Made by a program: the position numbers and the translations under genes. A DNA stretch of 63,303 nt, filler included, from Octopus bimaculoides (taxonomy: Eukaryota): the NCBI RefSeq assembly GCF_001194135.2. It is 7 parts of 6 records of this genome, joined end to end, with 100 filler letters (N's around TTAATTAATTAA, not from the genome) between each part and the next. Parts side by side here need not be neighbours in the genome. Positions count along the whole stretch, not along the records: positions 15,633 to 29,149 come from NC_068984.1; positions 29,250 to 47,026 come from NC_068983.1; 5 more parts are not named here. The stretch is one strand, 5' to 3'. The notes beneath the pieces are model-generated. The model was given only the letters and a program-made list of their open reading frames with translations, did not search any database and was not told the origin of the DNA. How positions within the stretch are numbered: the first letter of the stretch is position 1; each line of letters opens with the position of its first letter. Below are positions 25,715 through 38,062 of this stretch, one piece after another.

Positions 25715-25986
25715 ACACCACCCCTCAAACATTTCATCATATATAAAAATCACCATGGTTCCCAAACACATAAAAATAATACATATACATAAAATCACAG
25801 AAGGTAAAAGTATATGATCGAATAAAATACAAATAGAACGGCCTATAAAAAGTTAAATATAAACGGCTAAAAATTCAAAAACTACCAAAAGAACCTAATA
25901 GACAAATATAAAATAAGTAAAGGCAAAAATAAAATAAAATAAATAAACGTCCACCGACTAGAAAAGTTTCATCAGACGATTAAAAT
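25715..25986 (-). mobile_element. Probable PLE tail fragment
   Basis: The minus strand carries GTCTGATGAAAC...GACGTT followed by T-rich UTR-like sequence. Confidence 0.4.
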
Positions 25987-26319
25987 NNNNNNNNNNNNNN
26001 NNNNNNNNNNNNNNNNNNNNNNNNNNNNNNNNNNNNNNNNNNNNNNNNNNNNNNNNNNNNNNNNNNNNNNNNNNNNNNNNNNNNNNNNNNNNNNNNNNNN
26101 NNNNNNNNNNNNNNNNNNNNNNNNNNNNNNNNNNNNNNNNNNNNNNNNNNNNNNNNNNNNNNNNNNNNNNNNNNNNNNNNNNNNNNNNNNNNNNNNNNNN
26201 NNNNNNNNNNNNNNNNNNNNNNNNNNNNNNNNNNNNNNNNNNNNNNNNNNNNNNNNNNNNNNNNNNNNNNNNNNNNNNNNNNNNNNNNNNNNNNNNNNNN
26301 NNACAACATTCTCTCACTC

Positions 26320-26520
26320 TTTCTTCCTGTTTCTGTTGTACCTGTAATTCAAAGGGCCAGCCTTGTCACACTGTGTCACGCTGAATATCCCCGAGAACTA
26401 CGTTAAGGGTACACGTGTATGTGGAGTGCTCAGCCACTTGCACGTTAATTTCACGAGCAGGCTGTTCCATTGATCGGACAACTGAAACCCTCGACGTCGT
26501 AAGCGACGGAGTGCCAACAA
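26320..26520 (+). mobile_element. SINE-like 3' body/tail fragment
   Basis: GC-rich, CpG-rich segment ending GTCGTAAGCGACGGAGTGCCAACAACAAAC, with its 5' part lost in a gap; recognised as a cephalopod repeat from memory only. Confidence 0.45.
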
Positions 26521-26529
26521 CAAACAAGT

Positions 26530-27130
26530 AAGTCCAAAAGTTCATAATAAGCAGACTTCACAGGTCAAATTCAACATTCGCATATATCCATGGCCATTTC
26601 GGGAGCTCACCACCGCAGTTTATTAACACTAAAGTACATCACGGCGATGGACCCTCATCAGGATAAACAAGAAACACGCACAGATCAAAATTCTTATGAA
26701 AAGCTTATATAACTTAAAAGAACAACCGATCAGTGGACCAGTCCAAATTTTCAAAAAAAACAACGTCTATTGCTAACCAGTTAGGTGGCTGTAGTTAACC
26801 GAAATTCAACCTCGCCGGTTTCAAATCCCCGTAACGCTAAACAATTTTATTACATCTACATTTATTTCTATACAATTTCAAAAAGGCGGACGAAAACCTA
26901 TGGTTGCAAAAAAGCATCACCTCAGTGAATCTATTCGAAGTTTTGGGCCCAAAAGACTTAAGGATGGCAAGGGATTATTTTACACACAACTTGCACTTAT
27001 TTATATTTACTCTGAAGTAAGGGGCTCTCGAAATAACGGACCATTCCAGAGAATAACTCTTATTATTCCTCTTTAGATCGTGTATATAAGATGCAAGTGT
27101 GGTAGAGCTACAGTACTTTTCAGTTATATA
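26530..27130 (-). mobile_element. Penelope-like element 3' end (GIY-YIG C-terminal half plus UTR)
   Basis: STTLASYIHDLKRNNKSYSLEWSVISRAPYFRVNINKCKLC is homologous to the peptides at 47692-48222 and 52655-52972. Confidence 0.8.
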
Positions 27131-27373
27131 CACCGCCGGAACGTCTTGTTGACAAACCACAGCAGTAATTGTTTTCACCTCAATAGACGTCATTGATTGG
27201 TTGAAATTACCGAAATACAACTTTAACACGAAATAACTGCGAAAATAAACAATTTTCTTAAAATCGCCAAGAGTAAATGATGTTTTAAATGACACATTCT
27301 ACCAGTGTATGAAATTTCAAAGTGTTTAGTTACAAAAATTATTTTTTCTATGTGCCGGCCAAAAGGAAAAGAT

Positions 27374-27375
<2 letters not shown>
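27131..27375. mobile_element. Single arm of a GGATC-ended MITE family related to 51145-51920
   Basis: AATAGACGTCATTGATTGGTTGAAATTAC...ATGACACATTCTACCAGTG...AAAGATCC aligns with 51731-51920. Confidence 0.75.
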
Positions 27376-27408
<33 letters not shown>

Positions 27409-27999
27409 NNNNNNNNNNNNNNNNNNNNNNNNNNNNNNNNNNNNNNNNNNNNNNNNNNNNNNNNNNNNNNNNNNNNNNNNNNNNNNNNNNNNNNNNNNNN
27501 NNNNNNNNNNNNNNNNNNNNNNNNNNNNNNNNNNNNNNNNNNNNNNNNNNNNNNNNNNNNNNNNNNNNNNNNNNNNNNNNNNNNNNNNNNNNNNNNNNNN
27601 NNNNNNNNNNNNNNNNNNNNNNNNNNNNNNNNNNNNNNNNNNNNNNNNNNNNNNNNNNNNNNNNNNNNNNNNNNNNNNNNNNNNNNNNNNNNNNNNNNNN
27701 NNNNNNNNNNNNNNNNNNNNNNNNNNNNNNNNNNNNNNNNNNNNNNNNNNNNNNNNNNNNNNNNNNNNNNNNNNNNNNNNNNNNNNNNNNNNNNNNNNNN
27801 NNNNNNNNNNNNNNNNNNNNNNNNNNNNNNNNNNNNNNNNNNNNNNNNNNNNNNNNNNNNNNNNNNNNNNNNNNNNNNNNNNNNNNNNNNNNNNNNNNNN
27901 NNNNNNNNNNNNNNNNNNNNNNNNNNNNNNNNNNNNNNNNNNNNNNNNNNNNNNNNNNNNNNNNNNNNNNNNNNNNNTATATATATATATATACATATA

Positions 28000-28140
28000 T
28001 ACGACGGACTTCTTTCAGTTTCCGTCTTTGGTTGGCCCGAGGCTATAGTAGAAGACACTTGCCCAAGGTGCCACGCAGTGGGACTGAACCCGGAATCATG
28101 TGGTTCGTAAGCAAGTTGCTTACCATACAGCCATTCCTAC
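28000..28140 (-). mobile_element. CORE-type SINE (family 1), 5' half
   Basis: Reverse-complement head and core, broken at the TA tract and gap. Confidence 0.85.
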
Positions 28141-28899
28141 GTCTATACTATAAGATATGGAATTTTGTTTAAAATGAAGGAGAAAGAATCTCTTAAAGCT
28201 ACCCTAATTCAGAACGTAAAATATTGTGGTACGACATTTCCGTATAGTAAGAAAAAAAATTTTAAGACTAAAATTCAACAGAAACCATATCGAACCATCA
28301 GGCAATGGAGTTATACCTGATGGATTGAAACAATGAAATGAAACCTGTAATGACGCACGCTCATTCACATTTTTAAAAAAGAACCGTTCTTTCTACACTT
28401 TTTATTGTGTAGGTTTAATTATTTATTTATTTATTCACTTGCTAATTCTTCTCCAGAAGCTTCGTTGAAACGCTATCTAAAGATGATGGAAACATTTGAA
28501 TCATCACTGTTTACACACGTGCATCTTTAGGTGATAATACAATTAGCATGTATGATACATGTATTGTGTAGTCTTCACTTGGTTCGTATCATAGAAACGA
28601 AAAAAAAGCATGCGTATAGGCACGTACAGGTCATACATACACGCTCGCACATACACACACTCATATATATAATTTATATATATATACACACATATATATA
28701 GGTATATTTCTGTTTTTTTATAAATACACACGTGCTTACTTACGTATGCCTGTATATGCATGTGTACACAGGCACACACATATATACAAACACATACACC
28801 TTGTGCATATGTATGTGCAATCCCCTACCTTCACGCGTTTAAACATATACAGATATATATGTGTGTATTATGAGCGCACTATATATGTATATGTACATA

Positions 28900-29109
28900 T
28901 CGGCATATATATATATGCTTAGTTTTAGAATGGTGGCAGCTGATGAAGGAAATGTTCTCTATGTGGCGTGTGTGTTTTCTGTACTCTGTTTATCATTTTG
29001 TTCACGTGTTTTTGAAACGTCCTGTACCCAGATATGCATCTATATATACATGTAGATGTAGGTATGTACATACATGTACGTATATATGCATATACTCATT
29101 TCTTATTTG

Positions 29110-29110
<1 letters not shown>
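28900..29110 (+). mobile_element. Probable PLE tail between TA microsatellites
   Basis: CTGATGA at 28940-28946 and GAAAC at 29014-29018, with (TA)-rich flanks. Confidence 0.45.
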
Positions 29111-29149
<39 letters not shown>

Positions 29150-29350
29150 NNNNNNNNNNNNNNNNNNNNNNNNNNNNNNNNNNNNNNNNNNNNTTAATTA
29201 ATTAANNNNNNNNNNNNNNNNNNNNNNNNNNNNNNNNNNNNNNNNNNNNTATATATAACCACATACAAATACTTATACTAGAACAGGAAAAATAGTATAA
29301 CGGCCCAGTTTTATTCAAGTGCTGATGTATTTATTATTGAGACAAGCAGA

Positions 29351-29566
29351 AGGCAGCGAGCTGGTAGAAGCGTAAGTACGCCGGACGAAATGCTTAGGGG
29401 TATTTCGTCTGTCTTTACGTTCTGCGTTCAAATTCCGCCGAGGTCGACTTTGCCTTTCATCCTTTCGGGGTTGATAAATTAAGTACCAGTTGCATACTGG
29501 GTTAATCTAATAGACTGGCCCCTTCCCCAAATATTTCGAGCCTTGTATCTAGAGAAGAAAAGAATT
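29351..29566 (+). mobile_element. tRNA-derived SINE (family 2), CpG-rich copy
   Basis: GCGTTCAAATTCCGCCGAGGTCGACTTTGCCTTTCATCCTTTCGGGG. Confidence 0.9.
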
Positions 29567-29887
29567 TTGAGTCAAGCAGAGGCATACACTTATATACAAA
29601 CCACTGTCCATGTATTAACATTGACCACTATAGAAAACAGAGCTATGGGATTTAAAACTCTCAGTAGTGGATTCAAGGTAGAGAAGGATTTGCATTTGTG
29701 AAGGTTCGCTGGGTTGCTTCAAGTGGAATTCTTGTAAGTTCTTAGAAGTAAACTTACAAACACCTATCTATCTATCTATCTATCTATTTATGTTTCTGTT
29801 TTGTATCTAAGCATATATCTACCTACCTACATACATACATACATATATACATACAAACATACACGCATGTATACATCTATACATATA

Positions 29888-29931
<44 letters not shown>

Positions 29932-30242
29932 CACATNNNNNNNNNNNNNNNNNNNNNNNNNNNNNNNNNNNNNNNNNNNNNNNNNNNNNNNNNNNNNNNN
30001 NNNNNNNNNNNNNNNNNNNNNNNNNNNNNNNNNNNNNNNNNNNNNNNNNNNNNNNNNNNNNNNNNNNNNNNNNNNNNNNNNNNNNNNNNNNNNNNNNNNN
30101 NNNNNNNNNNNNNNNNNNNNNNNNNNNNNNNNNNNNNNNNNNNNNNNNNNNNNNNNNNNNNNNNNNNNNNNNNNNNNNNNNNNNNNNNNNNNNNNNNNNN
30201 NNNNNNNNNNNNNNNNNNNNNNNNNNNNNNNNNNNNNNNNNN

Positions 30243-30307
<65 letters not shown>

Positions 30308-31184
30308 CTATATATAGTGCAAACATTCATTAAATGCACGTTTATGCTGAATTTTTATCTTTGTTTTAGATTTTTCATACTTTTTACAGCAATACAATTC
30401 CTAAATCCATATCCGATGCTTTCAAAACTTCACAATCTCATCTTCAAGAATTAAACATTTGTAGTTCTGCGAGCTGTTTCTTATTTACTCGTTGAATTCG
30501 TGTTGACTTTAATACTAAAGGTCTTTTTTTTTTTTTACTATTAGCATCATACAACAGGAATCATCTATTGATCTGTTTGTCGCGGTTAAATTTGACAGTA
30601 GAATGTTTTTATGTCAGTAATCACGCGTCAGTTTCTCGATATATTGTTGTTGCGTATTAATTTTGGCTTCTGATTGCAATAGACTAACTATGCACTTGTA
30701 ACATGGAGCTATTGCACGACATTACACTACACAATAGAAAACAAAACTTGATAGGAAAGTATTAGCGGAGAGTTCTTACATACGTTATAAATTTTGACGC
30801 AAAGATAGAAAAGTAATCAAGGAAACTTTACTTATATTGCAATACAACCACTAAATTTATATCTATATCTATCAAAGGGATTTTAACTCAGAACGCAAAC
30901 AATCGGAGCAAGTAGTACTGCAACGAATTTTGAGTGTTGCTCTAATGATGACCTTTCCTACTTGCCTTAATCATGCATGAACACACCAGCAATGTATGCC
31001 TAGGTTTTACAATGAACAAGAGTGGTAGATAAACAAGTTATATAAAAAGAAGGACTGGCTCAAAAGTTTATATTGGGGAATTGCTCTTCTGCAAGATCTG
31101 CTGGTAAAAATATCTTGTTTTCAAATCTGCATTAATTAACTTATCCATCGCTGCCCTTCTCGTAATCCATGCAACCATTAAACT

Positions 31185-32246
31185 CCTGACATTATACTGT
31201 ATGAGATTTACTTCGCACACTTTTCAGTCTTCTTCTTTGTTTGGTGCTTTATCCATGAATTTGTCCTCGCTTGTCTTTGACCATTCTCTCCTTGTAATAA
31301 CATGACAGGGTGATGCTGATAGTTGCATTGACAGAGAGACAAGGTGTTTGATTACTCGCTTCTACAACTGGACTTCTCTCACCATCTCTGAAACGATAAC
31401 AAGTGCAGTGGTACTGCTTAAGAGAGCGACTTAGCATCTTCCACATCTCGGATTGAGAACAATATAAATTTTCTGGCTGTCTTCGGTGATGCAACTGTCT
31501 TTGCTAACGGTGCAGCTATTCAGAAAACTCTGTTTCTTTGTCTTTCTAGTTCCTCAGGATAGAAAACCCTTAAGCGGCTGGCTTTTGTTACTTGATATGA
31601 AATAACCTTACAGTGCTGGTCCGACTCAACTTTCCTCAGCGCTTATTATGGGTATACTCAAAAATGTTCCTGTGGTCTTTCAGTTTCATAAGAGCTTGTA
31701 AGTGTATGATACCCCTCTACGCCCACAAATCGTTCCTTTACTTCTGCACTAATCACTCACCATATTGCACTATAAAAATGACAACGAACAAGCACTCAGG
31801 GTTACTTCGAACGCTCTCACGTATTACGCTGCTCCACGCACTGGCGCACAAGCTCGCAAGCAGGTATGTCGAGGAAGATCTCTTTCCTACACAGCACTTC
31901 GCCTTCGGTCATCAAGATTAGTCAGACAGTAGCGTAAGCTTAAAGGATAATATTGATAATCAATATACTTACAAAATCCAGGTTAACTCATCTCGCGTGA
32001 GTTGAATGTAGGCATCGTAGCCTTCGAGAATCAAAGGTAGTTCAGTATTCTCTTTGCCCGCTCTTGAACAAAATTTTCGTGAATGTCCCTTAACTCAAGT
32101 TTTCCACATCTCCGTTTTAAACTATACTTTATTACTATCTAAGCATCGATGTCGAAGGCAATTTTAGTAATATCGCCTTTATTTTGTGCCTTTTCTCCCA
32201 GAATATAATAGCGTGGGTATATAAGTGCCTGACATTATTACTGTAT
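31185..32246 (-). mobile_element. Heavily decayed coding-like insertion, possibly a non-LTR RT remnant, bounded by an 18/19-bp direct repeat
   Basis: Higher GC than the flanks; one minus frame gives ELERQRNRVF*IAAPL, reminiscent of the LINE RT thumb. CCTGACATTAT(T)ACTGTAT occurs at 31185-31202 and 32228-32246. Confidence 0.35.
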
Positions 32247-32610
32247 TTGATAAGGATATAACAAAGACAACATTACACTTCAATATTTTTCGTAAAACCT
32301 CAAAATTTTACAGATCTAAATCACATGAGTATTGCAGCAAAATTGGATCATTCATACATTTTCGCTTCGTGCTTTCAGATATACTACTTTGCTTATTTTG
32401 ATAGATGGTCTCTTCGTTGATTCGTCTCTGTTGTAAATCATGTCGAGCCAGAAGAAGGTTTTATTTATTTATTATTATTTTCGTAATGTGAGACGAAATT
32501 TTCAAAGACTGGGAAATATAGATTCATTTTCTGAAAAGATGGTAATATGCAATAACGTCACTTTCATCCAAAAAGAGAGAGTCCAAAATATTCAATAATA
32601 TGTTTCAGTG

Positions 32611-32612
32611 AA

Positions 32613-32680
<68 letters not shown>

Positions 32681-32790
32681 TGATGATGATGATGAAGATG
32701 ATGATGATGAAGATGATGATGATGATGATGAAGATGATGATGATGAAGATGATGATGATGATGATGATGATGATGATAATAATAATAATC
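32611..32790. repeat. Compound trinucleotide microsatellite (AAT)n-(GAT/GAA)n-(AAT)n
   Basis: Directly visible; a similar (GAT)n(AAT)n tract lies at 36015-36130. Confidence 0.95.
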
Positions 32791-32809
32791 GTAAAATAAC
32801 AACATGGAC

Positions 32810-35490
32810 GTACAGAAAGCATGAGCGTACACTAAGAAGCTCTTTCAGAACGAATTTAATCCCAAAACATCGACGAAATGGAAAGAAAGCTGGCAAAAAG
32901 TCTGAGGGAAATATTCTTTTAAAACAAATCTACTAAAAAAAAAAAAAATGAACAAATCATTGTTAGATAAAACAAAGTTTCTTCTATGTTGTGTGACACC
33001 TGCGAAAAATGGACATCAACACTAGAAAGCCCAGGATAAATCTGTTATATGCACGGTAAGTACGTAAATTAATTAGTTACGTATACAACCAACTGCTTAT
33101 GCATACATGCACACGAGTCTTCCCAAAATTCACAGTAGTAAAGAAAATGACAAAATTATCTGCGAGGTGAACGCGCCCCTCAAATCTACCATAAAAGGGA
33201 AACGAACAGTCTGCACCAAAATGTGTAGCGTAAAAATGAAAAGGTGAGTAACAAATCTTCATAAAAGACCAACGTGGCAAGAAATGGTGAAGAAAAAAAT
33301 CAATGCTCTTTGATCTGATATAGAAATATTGAAAAACTTAAGCAAATTATGGATACATAGGGTTTGGGGGAAACAATTAATCATATCCTTTATATAGATA
33401 TGTTGAAACTCTTCGTAAAAGGTTGCCAACAACTGCAATCACTCCCAAACACTATCAAACAATTTAGTGATAGCATCTGAATGAAATCTGGGCTTGACAA
33501 ATGCGCCAAGGCTGCAGTTACTAAGGGAAAACTATCAAACACATGCAACATCACTCGAGATGGCGACAGCAAGATAAAAGAATCAGAAGCTCAGGGCAAT
33601 TATAAGTATCTACGAGTATATGATGGACACGGGATTAAATACTCACTAATGAAAGAAAAAATAAGAAAAGAGTGGTGTCGTAAGGTAAGAGCCATTCTAA
33701 AAACTGAACTGAATGCCAGAAACAAAAGAAAATACTGAAAAAGTGCGAATTGAAGTCAGAACACCAGTTGGCTCAACTAGTGAAGTTAAATGAAAAAGTG
33801 CATGCCAAAGCCTCGTGTATAGGCCGCGTCGGAAGATGATCTAGATATGTTTAAAAATAATCCACAGTTTCTATAGGCAAGGACGCCATCAAAATAGAAG
33901 TCCTCCCCGCGACGAACCAATTACTGGAGTTTAGGAGGAAAATTTGGGCAAATGAAAAGGAGTACAAATGTGATTCCCCATGGATTAATAGACAAAACAA
34001 AAACACAGCTTATAGAGAAACAAATATGGAAAGAGATAACTGAAGATGCCAGACTCGCATTAAAAAAGTCCATTAAATAGAAGTCACCTATATGAATAAA
34101 ATCCCAAACTATTGGCTCGACGTATTTGAAAACTCGCACAAGAAACTAACTTCTTGCTACAACGCTATTATGAAGGAACCGCAGATGACCTCGGAATGGC
34201 TGGCTAATGGTATCACTTTTTTGCTCCTCAAAAAGGATGAAACAAAGACCTTAAGAACTACAGATCGATAACGTATCTTACAACAATGTACAAAACCCTT
34301 ACATCTCTCTTAATGGAACTCACATATGCTTTTCTCATCAACAACATCTCCGATGAACAGAAAAGTGTGTAAACGTGGGTCTCATGGATGTAACGATAAA
34401 TTGTTAATGAGCAGAATGATTTTAGAAGACCGCCACAACAAGGGATAAAAGACATCTGTCATTGGCCTGGATAGAGTACAAGAAGGTCTTTAATAGTCTT
34501 CCTCATAGCTGGACAAAGGAATGCTTGGAGATATTCAAAATCTTTTCATTAACCAGGAATTTTGATTCTCACATTATGAAGATCTTGAGAACGACGTTAA
34601 TTCTCATTACTGACACTATAAATATAAACGCTGAGCAACTCAATAATAATTGTGGAATCGTTCAAGAAGGCTCATTATCTCCTTTGTTATTCCGTATAGC
34701 ACTGTTTCTACTTAGTAAACTCCTGAATAAAACAAATTATGGATACATAGGGCTTGGGAAAACAATTAATCATATCCTTTATATAGATATGTTGAAACTC
34801 TTCGTAAAAAGTTGCCAACAACTGCAATCACCCCCACACACTATGAAACAATTTAGTGATAGCATCTAAATGAAATCTGGGCTTGACAAATGCGCCAAGG
34901 CTACAATTACCAAGGGAAAAAACTATCAAACACATGCAGCATCACTCGAGATGGTGACAGCGAGATAAAAAAAATGAGAACCTCAGGGCAATTATAAGTA
35001 TCTAAGAGTATATGATGGAGACAGGATTAAACACTCACTAGTGATAGAAACAATAGGTGTCGTAAGGTAAGAGCCATTCTGAATACCGAACTGAATGCCA
35101 GAAACAAAATTGAAGTCATAAACACATAGGCCATGCCTGTAACCACATACAACTTTAATATTCTAAACTGGTCTTTCTTTGAGATCAACAAAATTGACAT
35201 CAATATACGAAAGCTGGTAACAATGCATCGTGTATATAACTCAAAAGCAGGCACAGATCGAATATTCTACTCGAGAAAAGAAGGCCGTACGGGGTTAATA
35301 CAATCCTAACTCTCATTGAAAATTGCAGCCACGGGACTTGCTGCCTACTTGCAACAAGTAAACAAGGATGCTAAAGATGGTTCAGAAACATGAAGATACT
35401 AAAATGGTGCACTCAGTAACAAAATCGCGAAAGTATACCTCCGAGAAATGCAAGTAGACGAACGAGCACTCGAAGAATAAGTGTCCCCAA
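32810..35490 (+). mobile_element. R4/Dong-type (RLE-class) non-LTR retrotransposon, decayed, with internal duplication
   Basis: RT motifs AWIEYKKVFNSLPHSW, GIVQEGSLSPLLF, INHILYIDMLKLF, MKSGLDKCAK and YKYL. Block 33343-33727 is repeated at 34733-35109. Confidence 0.85.
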
Positions 35491-35605
35491 CAGACTAAGC
35501 AAAATAAATAAAAACCATTGCCAAACAAATTATTCTTTACTATATATATATGTGTGTATGTGTATGTGCGTGTATATATATNNNNNNNNNNNNNNNNNNN
35601 NNNNN

Positions 35606-35650
<45 letters not shown>

Positions 35651-35679
35651 AAGTGTATATATGTGTGTGTGCGTGTATG

Positions 35680-35713
<34 letters not shown>

Positions 35714-36050
35714 TACACACACACACACATATATCATGTGGACGATATTTTCAACCGAGACGTTACAATCGTATCTCATTCTTCAGTTCTGTGTATGTAT
35801 ATATATTTGCTAGATTGATGACATTTATCAATGGTTTCTTCCATTGTGCTGATGCGCCATTTTGTATCTTTGATAAAATTGTCGACATTTTTTTACGATA
35901 CGGGTATGCTAATAACAGCAATGATGACGATGATTACTTTTATTTGCCTCCAGGGCGAAGGATGCGGGGGACAATACAAAAACATGTATAAAGTGTGGGG
36001 GTTTAATAATATTAATAATGATGATGATGAGGATGATGATGATGATGATG

Positions 36051-36131
<81 letters not shown>

Positions 36132-36819
36132 TAGCTATCTGAGTTTTCTTGAGAACAAAAATTTTAAAGTAAATATAGAAATTATTATAATTCAAGATAA
36201 TTTGTGAAATGTGTAGTTAATTCTTCATGTTTATTGAAATCCAAAAATGGTTCTCATTTGCATATTTTAATGAATTTCAGTATTTTTATCGCTGTTTATG
36301 GAACATTCAAATATTCTACAATTAATTCTCAGATCAAAATCCATTTTATGCATTCTAACATTGTAATCTTCCGACATTCGCATTAATTTATAATTTCTCA
36401 ATTAGTTAACAGTCAATATATCTGTCCTGTTGAATAAATGACATATTCCAAAGTTATTCTTTTATTCTCTTCCGAGTCAAACGGGTTATTTCTAATCGTT
36501 TATTATATTACTTGGATTCCCGTGCAGTAAGTGAGATGGATTGATTCTGCACTCGAAGTAGAACGTTAAAGCAATTCAAAAATATGTTCATTTAAACGAT
36601 TAAAAATCTGGATATCAAAGTCAATGTGAAATTGATTAATGGAGAGTGTTAATTTGAAATCACGCCATAAATAAATATAAGTATGTTGTGAAGGTTTTCC
36701 CAGCGGATATTTCTCAACAGACAGTATCACCTCCTGGAACTAGCAACATCCCAAGCATTACGTTACATTTCTTTCATGCGGTAAGAGAGCTTACCATTTA
36801 AATCAACCTCAGTAGTTAT

Positions 36820-36908
36820 TCTTTTGTTAAGCTAGGGGACGTAAATACACCAGTACCGTTTGTCAAGCGGTGGTAGGGAAGAAACACAGACACAAAGACA
36901 GACAGACA

Positions 36909-36960
<52 letters not shown>

Positions 36961-37025
36961 TAGTATTACGACGGGCTTCTTTCAATTTCCGTCTATCAAA
37001 TTCCCTCAGATAGCTTTGGTCGGTA
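36820..37025 (-). mobile_element. CORE-type SINE (family 1), central part
   Basis: GGGGACGTAAATACACCAG...(CA)n...ACGACGGGCTTCTTTCAATTTCCGTCTATC. Confidence 0.8.
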
Positions 37026-37045
37026 TATGTGTGTATGTATGTATG

Positions 37046-37079
<34 letters not shown>

Positions 37080-37274
37080 TGTATATAGGTATGAATGTAT
37101 GTATGTCAAAGAGAGATGGTTAAACAAAACGTTGTACATCATCTCCCTCATTATCTCACATACCAAATCTTTCTCTCTCTTTTATTATTACTCCCACTGC
37201 CACCATCAACACTACTACTTTTTGTAAAACATCATCAACTCTACCTAAATATGTTTGTCTTTCTTTTTCTCCCT

Positions 37275-37321
<47 letters not shown>

Positions 37322-37470
37322 ATTCGCCACTGCCCTCACAGTCTCTATGCCTACTATTACTCTCGCCCCATCATGAGGAATAATAGAAGTGTTATTGAAT
37401 AGTGAGAGAGGGGGTTAATGTGTAACCCACTGACACATAGGAATTAGTTTTCGCATTTATTATATTATAT

Positions 37471-37516
<46 letters not shown>

Positions 37517-37582
37517 TAATATGTATATGTATATATGTATGTATTTATATATATGCATGTATGTATGTATGTATGTATATAT

Positions 37583-38062
37583 AGGCAAAATTAATAGAGG
37601 TCGCAAAATTGACGAAGGGTACTGACTAGCACCGCTTATGTTAAAATATGAGTTAAATTAACTCTAAAGCCAATAAATCACTATACTTAATGACTGACAA
37701 AGGGAGGTAAGTCCCTAGCGTGCACAGCCGTATCGCGACTTCGAATTTTGGTGCAGACCACCTTAATTCTCATCAGCGGTTCTAATTGTTAATAAACCAC
37801 CCTTTTAATTTGTTGTTTACACTTTTACCATTTTGAAAATCAGCAAATGTTTTCAACGATTTTTCTTATGAGATTGATAAAAGAAGTTGAGTTTAACCGT
37901 ACGCCGTTATAGCCACTGAGGAGAATTAAGGTGGTCTGCACCAAAATTCGAAATCGTGATGCAGTTGAGTACGCTAGGGACTTACCTCCCTTTGTCAGTA
38001 AGTATAATGCTTTAGTGGCTCAGTACCCTCCGTCACTTTTGTGACCTCTATTAATTTTGTCT
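37583..38062. mobile_element. 480-bp fold-back MITE with outer and inner inverted repeats
   Basis: Outer IR 37583-37625 / 38020-38062 (43 bp, 4 mismatches); inner IR 37693-37771 / 37921-37999 (79 bp). TSD unclear. Confidence 0.9.

Noticed and set aside
31700-31900. GPCR pseudogene (KRSSSTYLLASLCAS...CLFVVIFIVQY); FLYWCH- or APE-like readings nearby
   Set aside because: Motif spacing is wrong for TM2-TM3 and the matches are only a few residues, so none can be supported without a search.
32564-32896. Poly-Ile/Met/His/Ser ORFs suggesting a low-complexity protein
   Set aside because: They are a pure compound trinucleotide microsatellite, open in several frames by construction.
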